Source of the DNA: Candidatus Poribacteria bacterium
GTDB lineage: Bacteria > Poribacteria > WGA-4E > PCPOR2b
NCBI GenBank assembly: GCA_965218095.1
Contig: OZ244587.1
Coordinates: 5,536,001 to 5,600,000 of the forward strand
Length of the DNA stretch: 64,000 nucleotides
Reading direction: 5' to 3'
The notes beneath the pieces were generated by a model. The model was given only the letters and a program-made list of their open reading frames with translations. It had not been told where the DNA came from and did no database searches. The first letter of the stretch is position 1. The number at the start of each line of letters is the position of its first letter. Positions 42,487-53,305 of the stretch are shown here, in pieces. Position numbers and translations under genes: made by a program.

Positions 42487-43029
42487 TTAGTCCCCGGCTT
42501 CCTCAAACTCCTCGTCAATGCGAAGATCGATTGCCCCAAGGTTGGCCAGCCAAAACAGGTAGGCATCTTCACGGTTATCAGTGTAATATCTTTTCCGAAT
42601 GGAAGCAATCTTAAACCCAAACTGGCGATAGAGATTCTGCGCGGGTATATTGCTCACTCGTACCTCCAAGAAAACATGCTTCCCACCGAGTTTCCTGATA
42701 AGCGCGAGGGATTTTGCGAGGAGGTATTTACCAACGCTCCGGTTTCGATAGGCAGGAGAAACAGCGAAGTTGGCAATATGTGCTTCATCTTCAACTGTCC
42801 AGAAGTTAATAAATGCAATTGGATTTTTGCAGTGACGAGCAACGAGAAAATGAACCTGCCGTCCGCCGTGTTTTAGTCCTTCACGAAAGGAGGCTTCGTT
42901 CCAAGGGCAGGAAAATGATTGCCGTTCAATCTCCATTACTGCTGGAAGATCACTCTCCACCATGTAATCAATTTGAACCGCTGCGAGCGGCGGTTTTACT
43001 TTTATGACGTTCAACCTCTGTTTTTCCAC
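42487..43029 (-). CDS. rimI: Ribosomal protein alanine acetyltransferase
   Basis: IERQSF.PW, LEVRVSN.PAQNLY, RKRYY..NREDA. Confidence 0.85.
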   Translation of the reverse strand: MEKQRLNVIKVKPPLAAVQIDYMVESDLPAVMEIERQSFSCPWNEASFREGLKHGGRQVHFLVARHCKNPIAFINFWTVEDEAHIANFAVSPAYRNRSVGKYLLAKSLALIRKLGGKHVFLEVRVSNIPAQNLYRQFGFKIASIRKRYYTDNREDAYLFWLANLGAIDLRIDEEFEEAGD

Positions 43030-43057
43030 TTTTCCAGGGTCATTATTTTCAACTTTT

Positions 43058-43187
43058 GAGCGTTGGTCGAGTAGCGGTGGGTTGAGTAGGCACAGTTATA
43101 TCGAAACCTGAAGCCGTATCGAGACCAACGCTCACTTGGTTTCGATACACGCAGTTTATCCCGATCCTCTCGGGGCTACTCAACCGG
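43058..43187. repeat. Cluster of REP-like elements (GGTTTCGATAC...CTACTCAACC family)
   Basis: Nested inverted copies at about 43066-43126 and a direct copy at 43138-43185. Confidence 0.7.
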
Positions 43188-43370
43188 TGTTCGCTTGTTT
43201 CCACGATTCATTGTAGCACTCAGAACTTACTGTGTCAATCCTGAAATCATCGCGGTCGACAACCCCAAACAATAATTCTACTTGCAACCAGACGTTTTCA
43301 GCGATATAATGCGTGGGAGATAAAACTGATCGTTGTTTGCTTCAGCCACCAACCACTGGAGGACAGAACC

Positions 43371-43640
43371 ATGAAAATTTCCCAAATCGAACTTTTCCCA
43401 ATTCATACACCACGCGAGACCGGGGCCATCTCGCTGCACATCATTGGGAAGATGCACACCGATGCGGGCATCTGTCAGGGATGCCGGATGTTCCACAGAT
43501 GGAGCGTGAAATTAACGAAGCACTCAAGGGCGTTGAGATTCACAACACACCGGTGATTGACGCACAGGTGAAGGAGTTGGGTAAAATCTTCGGCGCGGGA
43601 ATCGAGATGGCAGCCCTGGACATCAAACGATCCTTCTATG
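43371..43640 (+). pseudogene. Enolase-superfamily N-terminal remnant
   Basis: GGAGG RBS, MKISQIELFP...TDAGI.G, then AGIEMAALDI in another frame. Confidence 0.6.
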
Positions 43641-43888
43641 TCGTCTACGAGAGGAATGGAAGAAAAGAAAGAATGGAAGGAAGAGCTTTTACATTTTACA
43701 CATTACATTTTACGTATTCTTCTTACGCATCACGTTTCACGGTTGACCGTCCTCAAACTGTGGATCTTTTGGGTGCGATTTTTGGGGAAACTGTGTTATA
43801 ATTTTGGAAATTTCAAAAGATCAAGAGACATGATTCGTTTATGATTGCCAAAGACATACCTGAGATATATGAATGAGGGAGGAAATGC

Positions 43889-44770
43889 ATGATTGATTCT
43901 CACTACTTTGAGCCGACCACCGTTGAGGAGACCTGCACGCTGTTAGCCGAACACAGTGACGCTGCGAAGGTTGTTGCGGGCGGACAAAGCCTCGCCCCGT
44001 TGTTGCGGCGTGGACAGGTGCAGCCATCGTGTCTAGTGAGTATCCAGCACGTCGCCGGATTGGACCGCATCACCGTATCTGAGGAAGGTGTGAAAATTGG
44101 TGCGATGGTTACGCTGGATCGCTTAGAAACTGCATGCAACGCGCACCCGACGGTACGGGCGTTGAGCGAGACCATCAAAGACGTTGGGGATGTGCAAATT
44201 CGTGACCGCGCAACCCTTGTTGGGGGTATCTGTGAGGCGCATCCAGCAAGTGACATTACCGCGGTCTTGATGGCGCTTAACGCCGCGGTGAAATTGGTGA
44301 CAGCCGACGGTAAACGGATTTTACCTTTGCGTGATTTTGTCGCTGACGCCTTTACCACTGCCTCTCAGCCGGATGAGTTGCTGACTGAGGTCGTCATCCC
44401 GCCGTTTGCTCTTCCACGTTCGGCTGCTGTCTATCGCCGGTTTATTCTACGCGCCGGCGATTATCCCGTCGTCGGCGTTGGCGTATTCGTCAGCCTTGAT
44501 GACACAGAACAGTGTCAGGAATCGCGCATCGTGGTCGGCGCCTGTCTTGGCACTCCGATCCACGCGCGGGAGGCGGAGGGGCAACTGAAGGGCCGCAACG
44601 TCGTCGAAGATGACCAACCGCTCGCCGAAGCCGCTGCCCTGGCCGCCGCCCATGTTACACCGTTGAGCGATCCGATGGCGTCGGGCGAATACAAAAAGGG
44701 CCTCATCGGCGTGCTGACCAGGGAAGCGCTGACGGACGCTGTCGCTCTCGCTGTTGCGACAGACCGTTGA
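43889..44770 (+). CDS. Xanthine/CO dehydrogenase family FAD subunit (CoxM-like)
   Basis: AGGQSL, IGAMVT, QIRDRAT, HPASD. Confidence 0.88.
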   Translation: MIDSHYFEPTTVEETCTLLAEHSDAAKVVAGGQSLAPLLRRGQVQPSCLVSIQHVAGLDRITVSEEGVKIGAMVTLDRLETACNAHPTVRALSETIKDVGDVQIRDRATLVGGICEAHPASDITAVLMALNAAVKLVTADGKRILPLRDFVADAFTTASQPDELLTEVVIPPFALPRSAAVYRRFILRAGDYPVVGVGVFVSLDDTEQCQESRIVVGACLGTPIHAREAEGQLKGRNVVEDDQPLAEAAALAAAHVTPLSDPMASGEYKKGLIGVLTREALTDAVALAVATDR

Positions 44771-44823
44771 GGCGCTGATTTGAAAACCAGGGAGACTGAA
44801 AACTAACTACCGGAGGCTTTTTA

Positions 44824-45294
44824 ATGAAATATCCACTGTCGTTGACCGTCAATGACGAAAACTATGACATCCTCGTTGAGCCCTACCATACCTTAATGGA
44901 GGCTATCCGTGATGGAATTGGGCTAACAGGAACTAAGTGTGCTTGTGAGGACGGGCGCTGTGGGAGCTGCACCGTGCTGCTTGAGGGGCATCTGGTGAAA
45001 TCCTGTCTGGTGCTTGCGCTGCAAGCAAAGGGGAAATCGGTTTTGACCATAGAAGGCCTGGGGACCCCCGATGATCTGCATCCGCTGCAAGTCGCGTTCC
45101 TCGAACACGGCGCCGTGCAGTGCGGCTACTGCACACCGGGGATGCTGCTAGCCGCGAAGAAGCTGCTGGATGAAAACCCAAACCCGACTGAAGAAAACGT
45201 CCGCGTCGCACTCGTCGGGAACCTGTGTCGTTGCGGGGTTTACACTCACGCAACACAGGCGATTTTGAGCCTGACCGGACATGATACGACTTGA
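44824..45294 (+). CDS. 2Fe-2S subunit (CoxS-like)
   Basis: CEDGRCGSCT, QCGYCTPG, NLCRCG. Confidence 0.92.
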   Translation: MKYPLSLTVNDENYDILVEPYHTLMEAIRDGIGLTGTKCACEDGRCGSCTVLLEGHLVKSCLVLALQAKGKSVLTIEGLGTPDDLHPLQVAFLEHGAVQCGYCTPGMLLAAKKLLDENPNPTEENVRVALVGNLCRCGVYTHATQAILSLTGHDTT

Positions 45295-45530
45295 GATTGA
45301 CTATCATCATTGATAATTACCATGGAAGATTAACAGTTCCCCGCAAACTATCCGGTGACCCGTTGGACACTTCTGCGTATCCTGAGTTGATTAATGCCAT
45401 CGTACTTTCGGCAATGCGAAAAAAGACGGTTGACCTACTAGTAGATCGGGAGGAGTACGATCAACTGTTTGAAGCGTTACACAGCGGCGGCGTGCAGGCG
45501 CCGGGATCGACACTTGAAGTGTAGCGTCAC

Positions 45531-45561
45531 AAACCTGACAAGTTTCAAAAACCTGTCAGGT
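45531..45561. repeat. REP-like hairpin
   Basis: ACCTGACAAGTTT-CAA-AAACCTGTCAGGT. Confidence 0.55.
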
Positions 45562-45591
45562 CTACACATCAACGAAGGCGGGTAGTAGGTT

Positions 45592-47106
45592 ATGTATTTA
45601 CCCTTCCAATCCTCCATTTCCGCGAGTGTTCGCACAACACGGTTTCGCCAAATCACTCTATCTATCATCCTTATTTTACCTTGCCTGCTTTCTTCCCATG
45701 CTTTTGGGGCGATTGTCATCAACGAGGTGATAGCAAACCCACTCGATGAAGATACGGGTGAATTCATTGAGTTGTACAACACCGGCGCAGAACCTATTGA
45801 CGTGCTCAATTGGCAGTTCACCGATGGGGATGCGACGGATATCATCCAGCCATTTCAAGAGGAGGGACAGACAACCATCTCGCCACAGGGTTACGCGCTA
45901 ATTTTGGACGCCGAGTATGCGGGTGAGTATGATCTGCATCCGGATACCATCTTACTAACGACGAAAAATACGACTCTCGGCAACGGCTTGCAAATCAATG
46001 ATCCGATCACGCTATTCGACGAAGGCAGGGAAAACGTCATTGACACCTATTCTCACCCGTTTAATCCTAAAAATGGAATTTCGGCGGAGCGTGTCGACGT
46101 CAATGTCGGAGACATTCCTGAGAACTGGAAAGCGAGTATTGATCCGTCCGGTTCGACGCCGGGGCGTGAGAATAGTGTATCGGGTCCCGGGATTGATCAA
46201 CTGCCTGATGATAAGCTAGAGTTCTCTGATGCTAAACCAAAACCTCCTGACAATAAATTAAAGCCCGGCAAAGAAGAGCCAATACCCTCCAAGCCTGAGA
46301 GAGAGGAACCGCCGCTGCCCATCACGCCAATCCTCATCAACGAGATTATGCACAGCCCCGATACGAAAACCCGACAAACCGAATGGATTGAGCTATTTAA
46401 CCCAAATCCGCAGTCGGTGACTCTTGATAAATGGCGCGTTGAGGATGCTTCAGAAAGGTCTGGAGAAATCCCCGAAAACACACAGATTGTTGGAAATGGA
46501 TTCTTGATATTCGCAAAAAGTCAATCCGATTTTCAAGCATGGTATCCAGAGGTCACCAAGGTTGTTGAGATCAAGCTCCCAGCCCTTAATAATACAGGCG
46601 ACACGATTATCCTCTATGATTTTGCGAACCGAAAGATCGACACCGTAAACTATGTCGGGTCAGGTTCGATACGCGGTAGATCACTCGAAAGGGTTCAGAT
46701 CTCCCTCCTTCCGGATTAGCAAAAGAATTGGCAGCTTTCGGTTGCGCTCGCCGGTGCAACGCCGGGAGAGATCAACAGCCGCAGCCAAACGGCTACCGGC
46801 AAACCGAAGTTCACCATCACGCCGACGCCTTTCAATCCACAAGTGTCAGAAACGACTATCCGCTACGAAGCGCCGACTGGAGCCTTGATTACTGTGCAGA
46901 TTCTTGATTCTGCTGGCAGGCTTGTCCGCCTTCTCCTCGATCGGCGTGAAGCCGGCGGAGTGCAATCGATTAAATGGAATGGGCGGAATGAAAATGGAGA
47001 GCGCGTCTCCGTTGGTGTGTACATCTGCCAACTGATTGTTTCTAGCAATCGGAAGCAGCCGGCAATGCGGGTTGCCAAGACGATTGTCGTTGCGGAAAAA
47101 CTGTAA
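45592..47106 (+). pseudogene. Secreted protein with two lamin-tail domains and an FlgD-Ig C-terminus, frameshifted near 46700
   Basis: INEV..NP/EFIELYN motif twice; continues in another frame NWQLS..GATPG..PTPFNP..WNGRNENG..GVY. Confidence 0.78.
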
Positions 47107-47141
47107 CGTGCAACGTGAAGCATGAAAACCCGGAGGTTAAA

Positions 47142-47417
47142 ATGAACCAAAGCCTTTTATATCATGGATTGATCAGCAAAGAGGCGGACCGTTATTGTGC
47201 ACTCTGCGTCGAATTTAACATTGCGACTGAAGGCAGGACACTTAACGAAGCGAAAAGGAACCTGAAGGAAGCTGTTGAAGGATACCTAGAAGTGGTCATG
47301 GAGATTAACGATCGAGAAGGATTGATTCCTAGACATGCTCCGGATGATCTTGTCAGGGAATATGAAGTGTCATCCCAAGACGTTGAAGAGTATCATAGCC
47401 CAATCCGGATTGCCTAA
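47142..47417 (+). CDS. hicB: HicB family antitoxin, orphan
   Basis: ALCVEFNIATEGRTLNEAKRNLKEAVEGYL. Confidence 0.8.
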   Translation: MNQSLLYHGLISKEADRYCALCVEFNIATEGRTLNEAKRNLKEAVEGYLEVVMEINDREGLIPRHAPDDLVREYEVSSQDVEEYHSPIRIA

Positions 47418-47468
47418 AGAAGTTTTCAACTAAACACACCTAGCACAGGTAAAACGTGAAAGGAAACA

Positions 47469-48383
47469 ATGATCGCCGACAAAAAAGCCGCCTACATCGC
47501 CCTCAATTTCGTGCGAGGGGTCGGCCCCAAAATGTTTGAGGCGCTGTTGAGTCGATTTATACAGCCTGAAGCGGTGGTCGCTGCATCAATCGACGAACTC
47601 TGTGCACTCCCGCGATTGACACCGGCGATTGCCGAGGCAATCCACGGCATTGATATTGATGCGGTTGTCGCGGAGCTTACGGCGCTAGAACAAATAGGCA
47701 TTGCAGTTCACACCTTCGATGAAGAGACGTATCCACCCAATCTCCAATTGATTCCAAATCCCCCGCCGATCCTCTTTCAGGCGGGAGAATTCATCGGCGA
47801 TGACACGAAATCGATCGCAATCGTCGGCACACGCAAACCGAGCGCAAATGGGGTAAAGTTGGCACGACAACTCGCAATTGGACTTGCCGAACGTGGATTC
47901 ACCATCGTGAGTGGCCTCGCTCTGGGGATTGATATATCAGCACATCAGGGGGCACTCGAAGCCGGCGGACGGACCCTTGCTGTGCTTGGGTCGGGCATCC
48001 AAGTCATTCATCCCTATCGAAATCAAGGGCTCGCTGAACAGATCCGCCATTCGGGCGCGATTTTCTCCGAAGCCAAGCCGAAGGCACCCCCGACGACCGG
48101 TGCATTGATGAGCCGGGATCGCATCGTCAGCGGGCTTGCGTTGGCAACGATTGTTGTTGAAGTCAGCGATCAGAGTGGAAGCATGGACACCGCCAATCAA
48201 GCCCGAAAACAGGGGCGAAAACTCTTCGCCATTGACAATGAATGTACAGGGAATCAGCGACTCGTTGCACAAGGCGCAGCCTCCATTACAGATCTAACAG
48301 GAGCATCCTTAGATTGGATCGCGGAAGTCACGATGGAAGAAGGTAGGAATGGGCTTGAGTCCCAACAAATGATGCCATTTTGA
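47469..48383 (+). CDS. dprA: DNA-processing protein DprA
   Basis: AIVGTR, VSGLALGID, AHQGAL, RDRIVSGL. Confidence 0.92.
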   Translation: MIADKKAAYIALNFVRGVGPKMFEALLSRFIQPEAVVAASIDELCALPRLTPAIAEAIHGIDIDAVVAELTALEQIGIAVHTFDEETYPPNLQLIPNPPPILFQAGEFIGDDTKSIAIVGTRKPSANGVKLARQLAIGLAERGFTIVSGLALGIDISAHQGALEAGGRTLAVLGSGIQVIHPYRNQGLAEQIRHSGAIFSEAKPKAPPTTGALMSRDRIVSGLALATIVVEVSDQSGSMDTANQARKQGRKLFAIDNECTGNQRLVAQGAASITDLTGASLDWIAEVTMEEGRNGLESQQMMPF

Positions 48384-48469
48384 AAATAGGACGATGGGGA
48401 AAGGAAGAATGGAAGGAAGGCTTCATTTCACGTATCACGCATCACGTTTCACGATTAAGGGGGGGCAAC

Positions 48470-50035
48470 ATGGACAGTGCAACTTTTGCCGCAATTGATG
48501 TCGGATCTAACGCCATGCGGCTGGAAATTGTTGAAGTGAAGGCTGACAGTACTGTTGAGGAGATCTATCAACACCGTGCCCCCGTCCGTCTGGGGCACGA
48601 AGTCTTCTTGACCGGGTTTCTGAGCCAGAATGTCATTGAGAAAGCGATTGAGGCGTTTGGTGAGTTTCGTGAGGTCATTGAGAAGTCGAGGATTCACACG
48701 ACTCGTGCAATTGCAACGAGCGCGACACGCGAAGCCATCAATGGCGATGAGCTGGTAGAGCGTGTCTACAATAGTTCTGGCATTCAATTGGAGCGGATTT
48801 CCGGCGGCGACGAGGCGCGTCTCGTCCAACTTGCTGTGACTCGCAAGATCGACCTCCGTGACAAGATTGTCCTTGTCATCGACATCGGAGGGGGAAGCGT
48901 TGAGTTCGACGTCATTGATCGCGGTTCAATTGTCTACTCCAACAGTCTGCGGCTGGGAACCGTGAGGTTGCATGAAACCTTCCTCCGAACGGATGCCGTT
49001 TCTGATCTACAGATTTTGTTGCTCAAGGCATACATGGAGCAACTCCTTGAAACAACATTGGACGCCATCAACGCACACGAAATTGACCTAGTGCTCGGTA
49101 CGGGCGGGAATGTCGAAGAGCTCGGGAGACAGATCGGGGTGAATGCAGAAAAGGAAAGCTTTCCAGAAGATGTCCCCTTCATTCCGCTACGGGATTTCCA
49201 GGTCTTCGCCAGAGAGATTTCCAGATTGAGCGTGAAGGAGCGGATGGATCGTTACGACATGCGACCGGATCGGGCAGATGTCATTTTACCCGCGAGTCTC
49301 GTCCTCACCGAAGTGGTGAGCAACATTGTCGGTGCGAGAGGGCTTTATGCTGCGAATGTTGGACTCAAGGATGGCGTGCTAGTGGAGATGGTCGATCGCT
49401 TCCGAAACTCATGGGACGTGACTTCGGAGGAAGCGGAGATCATCAAAGCGGCGACGGCGCTCGGACATAAATACCGCTTCCATTTGGGACACGCTGAACA
49501 GGTTTGTTATTTGACAGAGTTGCTATTTAATCAACTGCAACCACTCCATCAGTTGTTTTCAGAGTTACGGATGCTGCTGCGTGTTGCCGCGACACTCCAC
49601 GAAATTGGCGGGTATGTCAACCCATCTTCACACCATAAACATTCCTACTACTTGATACGGAATTCGGAAATTGTTGGACTGAATGAAAAACAACTTGAAC
49701 TGATTGCCAATATTGCCCGTTATCATCGCAAGGCATTTCCCGACCTACAGAAACATCTTCATTTTCAAGAGCTCTCGCACGCTGAAAGGGAACAAGTGAC
49801 CAAACTCGCTGCCATTTTGCGCGTCGCTGATGCATTAGATCATCAACATAAATCAATTGTCGAAGGTCTGAAAGTCAAGATTCTGGATGACGCAATTGAA
49901 ATTGATGTTAAATCTCTTGACAAGTGTCTGTTAGAAAGATGGCATCTTCAAGAGAAGGGGCAATTGTTCACGCATACATTTGGACGTTCCATTCGCCTGC
50001 TGGTGAATGGGAAAACCGGCGAAGAGATTGACTAA
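48470..50035 (+). CDS. ppx: Ppx/GppA exopolyphosphatase with HD domain
   Basis: AIDVGSN, ATSATREA, DIGGGSVE, HHKHSYY, ARYHR. Confidence 0.92.
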   Translation: MDSATFAAIDVGSNAMRLEIVEVKADSTVEEIYQHRAPVRLGHEVFLTGFLSQNVIEKAIEAFGEFREVIEKSRIHTTRAIATSATREAINGDELVERVYNSSGIQLERISGGDEARLVQLAVTRKIDLRDKIVLVIDIGGGSVEFDVIDRGSIVYSNSLRLGTVRLHETFLRTDAVSDLQILLLKAYMEQLLETTLDAINAHEIDLVLGTGGNVEELGRQIGVNAEKESFPEDVPFIPLRDFQVFAREISRLSVKERMDRYDMRPDRADVILPASLVLTEVVSNIVGARGLYAANVGLKDGVLVEMVDRFRNSWDVTSEEAEIIKAATALGHKYRFHLGHAEQVCYLTELLFNQLQPLHQLFSELRMLLRVAATLHEIGGYVNPSSHHKHSYYLIRNSEIVGLNEKQLELIANIARYHRKAFPDLQKHLHFQELSHAEREQVTKLAAILRVADALDHQHKSIVEGLKVKILDDAIEIDVKSLDKCLLERWHLQEKGQLFTHTFGRSIRLLVNGKTGEEID

Positions 50036-50207
50036 ACTTTACCCGATATACCTATTGACCTGAGGAGCAGCGATCAGAAGGGATATAGCACGGATTATCC
50101 GAATGAACGGATTTATACCGCAGATGATCTGTTAATTCTGTGAATCTGTGCGTAAGCGCAAAAATACTGGGCTTGGGTCAAAGCTGCATCAGGACTGAGT
50201 TTCATGC

Positions 50208-50477
50208 TCATTTGTTTCTCTCATATTCTTCCAAGGTTTTCATCGCTTCAGAGGTTGCTATTATTTTCAATGCCGCAGCAGTAAGGACACGAACCTCCCC
50301 TTCCTCATCGTTGATTGCCTTAATCAACGCGGGCACAGCCAATTTACCCGTCTGACTCAACGCTAAAGCCGCATTACGGCGAACAGACTCATCGCCATCA
50401 CCCAACTGTTTGATGTGCGATTCAATATCCTGTGCCTTGGAACTCAAACCGCTCCAAATCAGACTCACAAGACACAA
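50208..50477 (-). CDS. Short HEAT-repeat protein or fragment
   Basis: VRRNAALAL..AVPALIKA..VRVLTAAAL. Confidence 0.6.
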   Translation of the reverse strand: MCLVSLIWSGLSSKAQDIESHIKQLGDGDESVRRNAALALSQTGKLAVPALIKAINDEEGEVRVLTAAALKIIATSEAMKTLEEYERNK

Positions 50478-50870
50478 ATCGGGCTGATTTTATCGGAAGT
50501 ACACCTGAAGGGTGTTCGGGGGCTTTTGCCCAGAAGGATATGGTTTTGACAGAACTATTGGAGTTTCGGTTTATCCAGACTTAGGTGAGATGGCTTCGAT
50601 GCTGATGAGAACTGAAAAGCTCACTATTTTTGACACTTACAATCTGTGCTATAAATCGAATTTTCGGACAATTGTAGTTCTAACCGCCCCAACTCAATCA
50701 GACTTTCCAGATCATCTATGTCTTCGGAGGCATATTCGGCGAAGAGCCCACGTACAGCATTCAATACCTTTTCAGCCGCTTGTCCCAACATTCGAGTCAC
50801 ATCGGCCAGGTTGGGGTTCATAACAGTCGCCATGTGTACTTGCACCCCTTCCAATGATGAATAAGCCGCT

Positions 50871-51467
50871 CTACTCGGTTTCCGCCTGATTGAGAAGCTG
50901 TTCAATCTCTTCCAGCGAGGGGAGTGCCGACAGATCTTTCAATCCAAACTGTTCCAGAAATTCATCAGTGGTCGCAAAAAGAAGCGAGCGCCCTTGACCG
51001 GGCTTCCGTCCGGCGATACGAACCATCCGCTTTTCGATTAGCGAATTGAGAACGCTATCGCTGTTGACGCCGCGGATCTCCTCGACTTCGGATCGGGTCA
51101 CGGGTTGTTTGTAGGCGACAATAGCGAGGGCTTCTAGGGCGGAAGGCGAGAGCTTGACGCGGACCTGGCGCGTGTAGAATTTTTCAATCCACTGGTGATA
51201 CGCGGCGTGTGTACAGATCTGAAACCCGTTGGCAATCTCAATAAGCTGAAAGCTGCGATTCATTTCCTGATACTCGTCCCGCAACAGCATGAGTTGTTGG
51301 CGGATTTGCCGAGTAGATACGTCGTCGAACAATTGGCTGAACTGCTCCAACGAAATTGGTTCGCTGGCAGCAAACAGAATGGCTTCGAGAATTGATTTGA
51401 TTTCGTCTGGGTTAGGTGCTAGCGTGTTGGTTGCGTCCATGGTGATTGAATGTTCGGTGTCAGGCAT
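50871..51467 (-). CDS. scpB: SMC-Scp complex subunit ScpB
   Basis: LEAILF, LEALAIVAYKQPVTRSEVEEIRGV, FLEQFGL. Confidence 0.93.
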   Translation of the reverse strand: MPDTEHSITMDATNTLAPNPDEIKSILEAILFAASEPISLEQFSQLFDDVSTRQIRQQLMLLRDEYQEMNRSFQLIEIANGFQICTHAAYHQWIEKFYTRQVRVKLSPSALEALAIVAYKQPVTRSEVEEIRGVNSDSVLNSLIEKRMVRIAGRKPGQGRSLLFATTDEFLEQFGLKDLSALPSLEEIEQLLNQAETE

Positions 51468-51509
51468 GGGCGAAACCCCATTGGACCTGGAATTGGTTTT
51501 CAAGATGTG

Positions 51510-52835
51510 TGTAATTACCCCCAAAACCTAGACAGTTGACTAAGATGGATTTCTAACTGGCAAGCCGGTCATCATCTGTGCGAAAATATGGGTCAGAAAC
51601 GCCCAGAAAAAGAAAGGAGTTTTCATACCATGTCCCGCAGAAAACAGCAGAAAACAGCAGAAAACAGTACGATGGTCGATTCAAAGCACAGGTGGCTATT
51701 GAGGCGATAAAAAACCAACAAACCGTCGCTCAGATTGCCAGTCATTACGGTGTCCACCCGACTCAAGTAAGCCAATGGAAAAAGCAGGCTCTTGAACAAC
51801 TACCTCAACTGCTTGCAAACGGACGCCCAAAAGCAGCCTCTGACAACGACCAGTTAGTTGATGAACTCTATCGCCAAATCGGACAGTTGAAGGTGGAACT
51901 CGACTGGCTTCAAAAAAAAACGCAACTGCTCCGTTGAACAGAAGCGACAGCTTGTTGAAAAGGGGTGCCATTCACCGTCAGTTGTCAGACAATGCGAACT
52001 GCTGGGTTTGTGCCTCGTTCTATTACCGACCCGTAGGCGAGTCGCCACACAATCTGCTCTATATGCGTCTGATAGATGAGCAGTACACAAAGACACCGTT
52101 CTATGGCGTCCCTCGATTGACGGTATGGCTTCGTTCCCAAGGGCATGTTGTCAATCGAAAGCGGGTGGCTCGGTTGATGCGAAAGATGGGATTGGCTGCC
52201 ATCTATCCGAAGCCCAAGCCCTCGGGTATAGCTAAACCGTCGAAGATGTATCCCTATCTACTGAAGGGATTAAGTATCATCAGACCGAATCAGGTCTGGG
52301 CAACGGATATAACCTATATTCGCTTGACTCGTGGTTTCGTTTATCTAGTAGCGGTTATGGATTGGTTTTCCCGGTACGTGGTGTCGTGGGAACTTTCAAA
52401 CTCACTAGACGTATACTTTTGTCTGTCGGCTCTCGAACGCGCACTTAGCCAATTGAGACCGTTGATATTCAACAACGACCAAGGCAGTCAATTTACTTCT
52501 GATGCTTTTACAGCTCGACTTCAAGCGGCTCAGATTGCCATCAGTTGGGACGGCAGAGGCAGCTATTTTGACAATATCTTTATTGAGCGGCTCTGGCGCA
52601 GTGTCAAGTATGAGGAGGTCTATCTCAACGACTATGACTCCGTTACTACAGCTTGGCGTCGATTGAGAGACTATTTCAACTTTTACAATCAACAGCGGTT
52701 TCATCAATCGCTCAATTATCGAACACCGCACGGGGTGTATTTCCAATAATTTCAGGCGTTTCACCCTGACCGAGTTGGTCAGATTGTCTATCTTAAATCT
52801 CATTCATTGCTGTCTGAAGGATGGGGGTAAGTTCA
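51510..52835 (+). mobile_element. IS3 family element, degenerate
   Basis: TIR TGTAATTACCCCC..AGACAG / CTGTCT..GGGGGTAAGTTCA; WATDITY, IERLWRS; no TSD. Confidence 0.9.
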
Positions 52836-52837
52836 GG

Positions 52838-53260
52838 ATGAAGTCAGAAGTTGCAAAGAACGACATTCTTATGACATCTGAAGCACCACTCGGTCAGGTT
52901 TACTATTTAGCCGAAAAGAAGAAAATCTGTTTAAGTCAAAGACTGTTTTGTATCAGGGCTAATCCGAATATCATCAAACCTTCCGTTCTATTCTATATGA
53001 TTGGTTCACCTGCGATCCAGAATCAACTCCATGCAAGAGCTACAGGAACAACCGTGTTGGGTATCCGGCAAGCAGCCCTGCGAAAAATATCCGTGATAAT
53101 CCCACCTCTGCAATTACAGAGAAAAGCCGAATCGGTTTTGGGAACACTCATCACTACCAAAGAAACACTTGAAAAAAAGAACACCAACCTCCGCTAAACC
53201 CGCGACCTTCCACTCCCCAAACTCATCTCAGGGGAGATTGACGTATCCGACCTTCTCCTT
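52838..53260 (+). pseudogene. Type I RM HsdS C-terminal fragment
   Basis: ATGTTV.GI, IIPP, NLR*TRDL.LPKLISGEIDV. Confidence 0.8.
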
Positions 53261-53305
53261 CGCTAAAATCCAAGAGAAGAAACGCGCCTACCGGAACAGG
53301 AACGC

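Noticed and set aside
43889-45294. Aerobic CO dehydrogenase
   Set aside because: The diagnostic large subunit is absent
19072-53197. Stop-codon reassignment (TGA or TAG read-through)
   Set aside because: In-frame stops are of all three types, co-occur with frameshifts, and all three codons terminate intact genes
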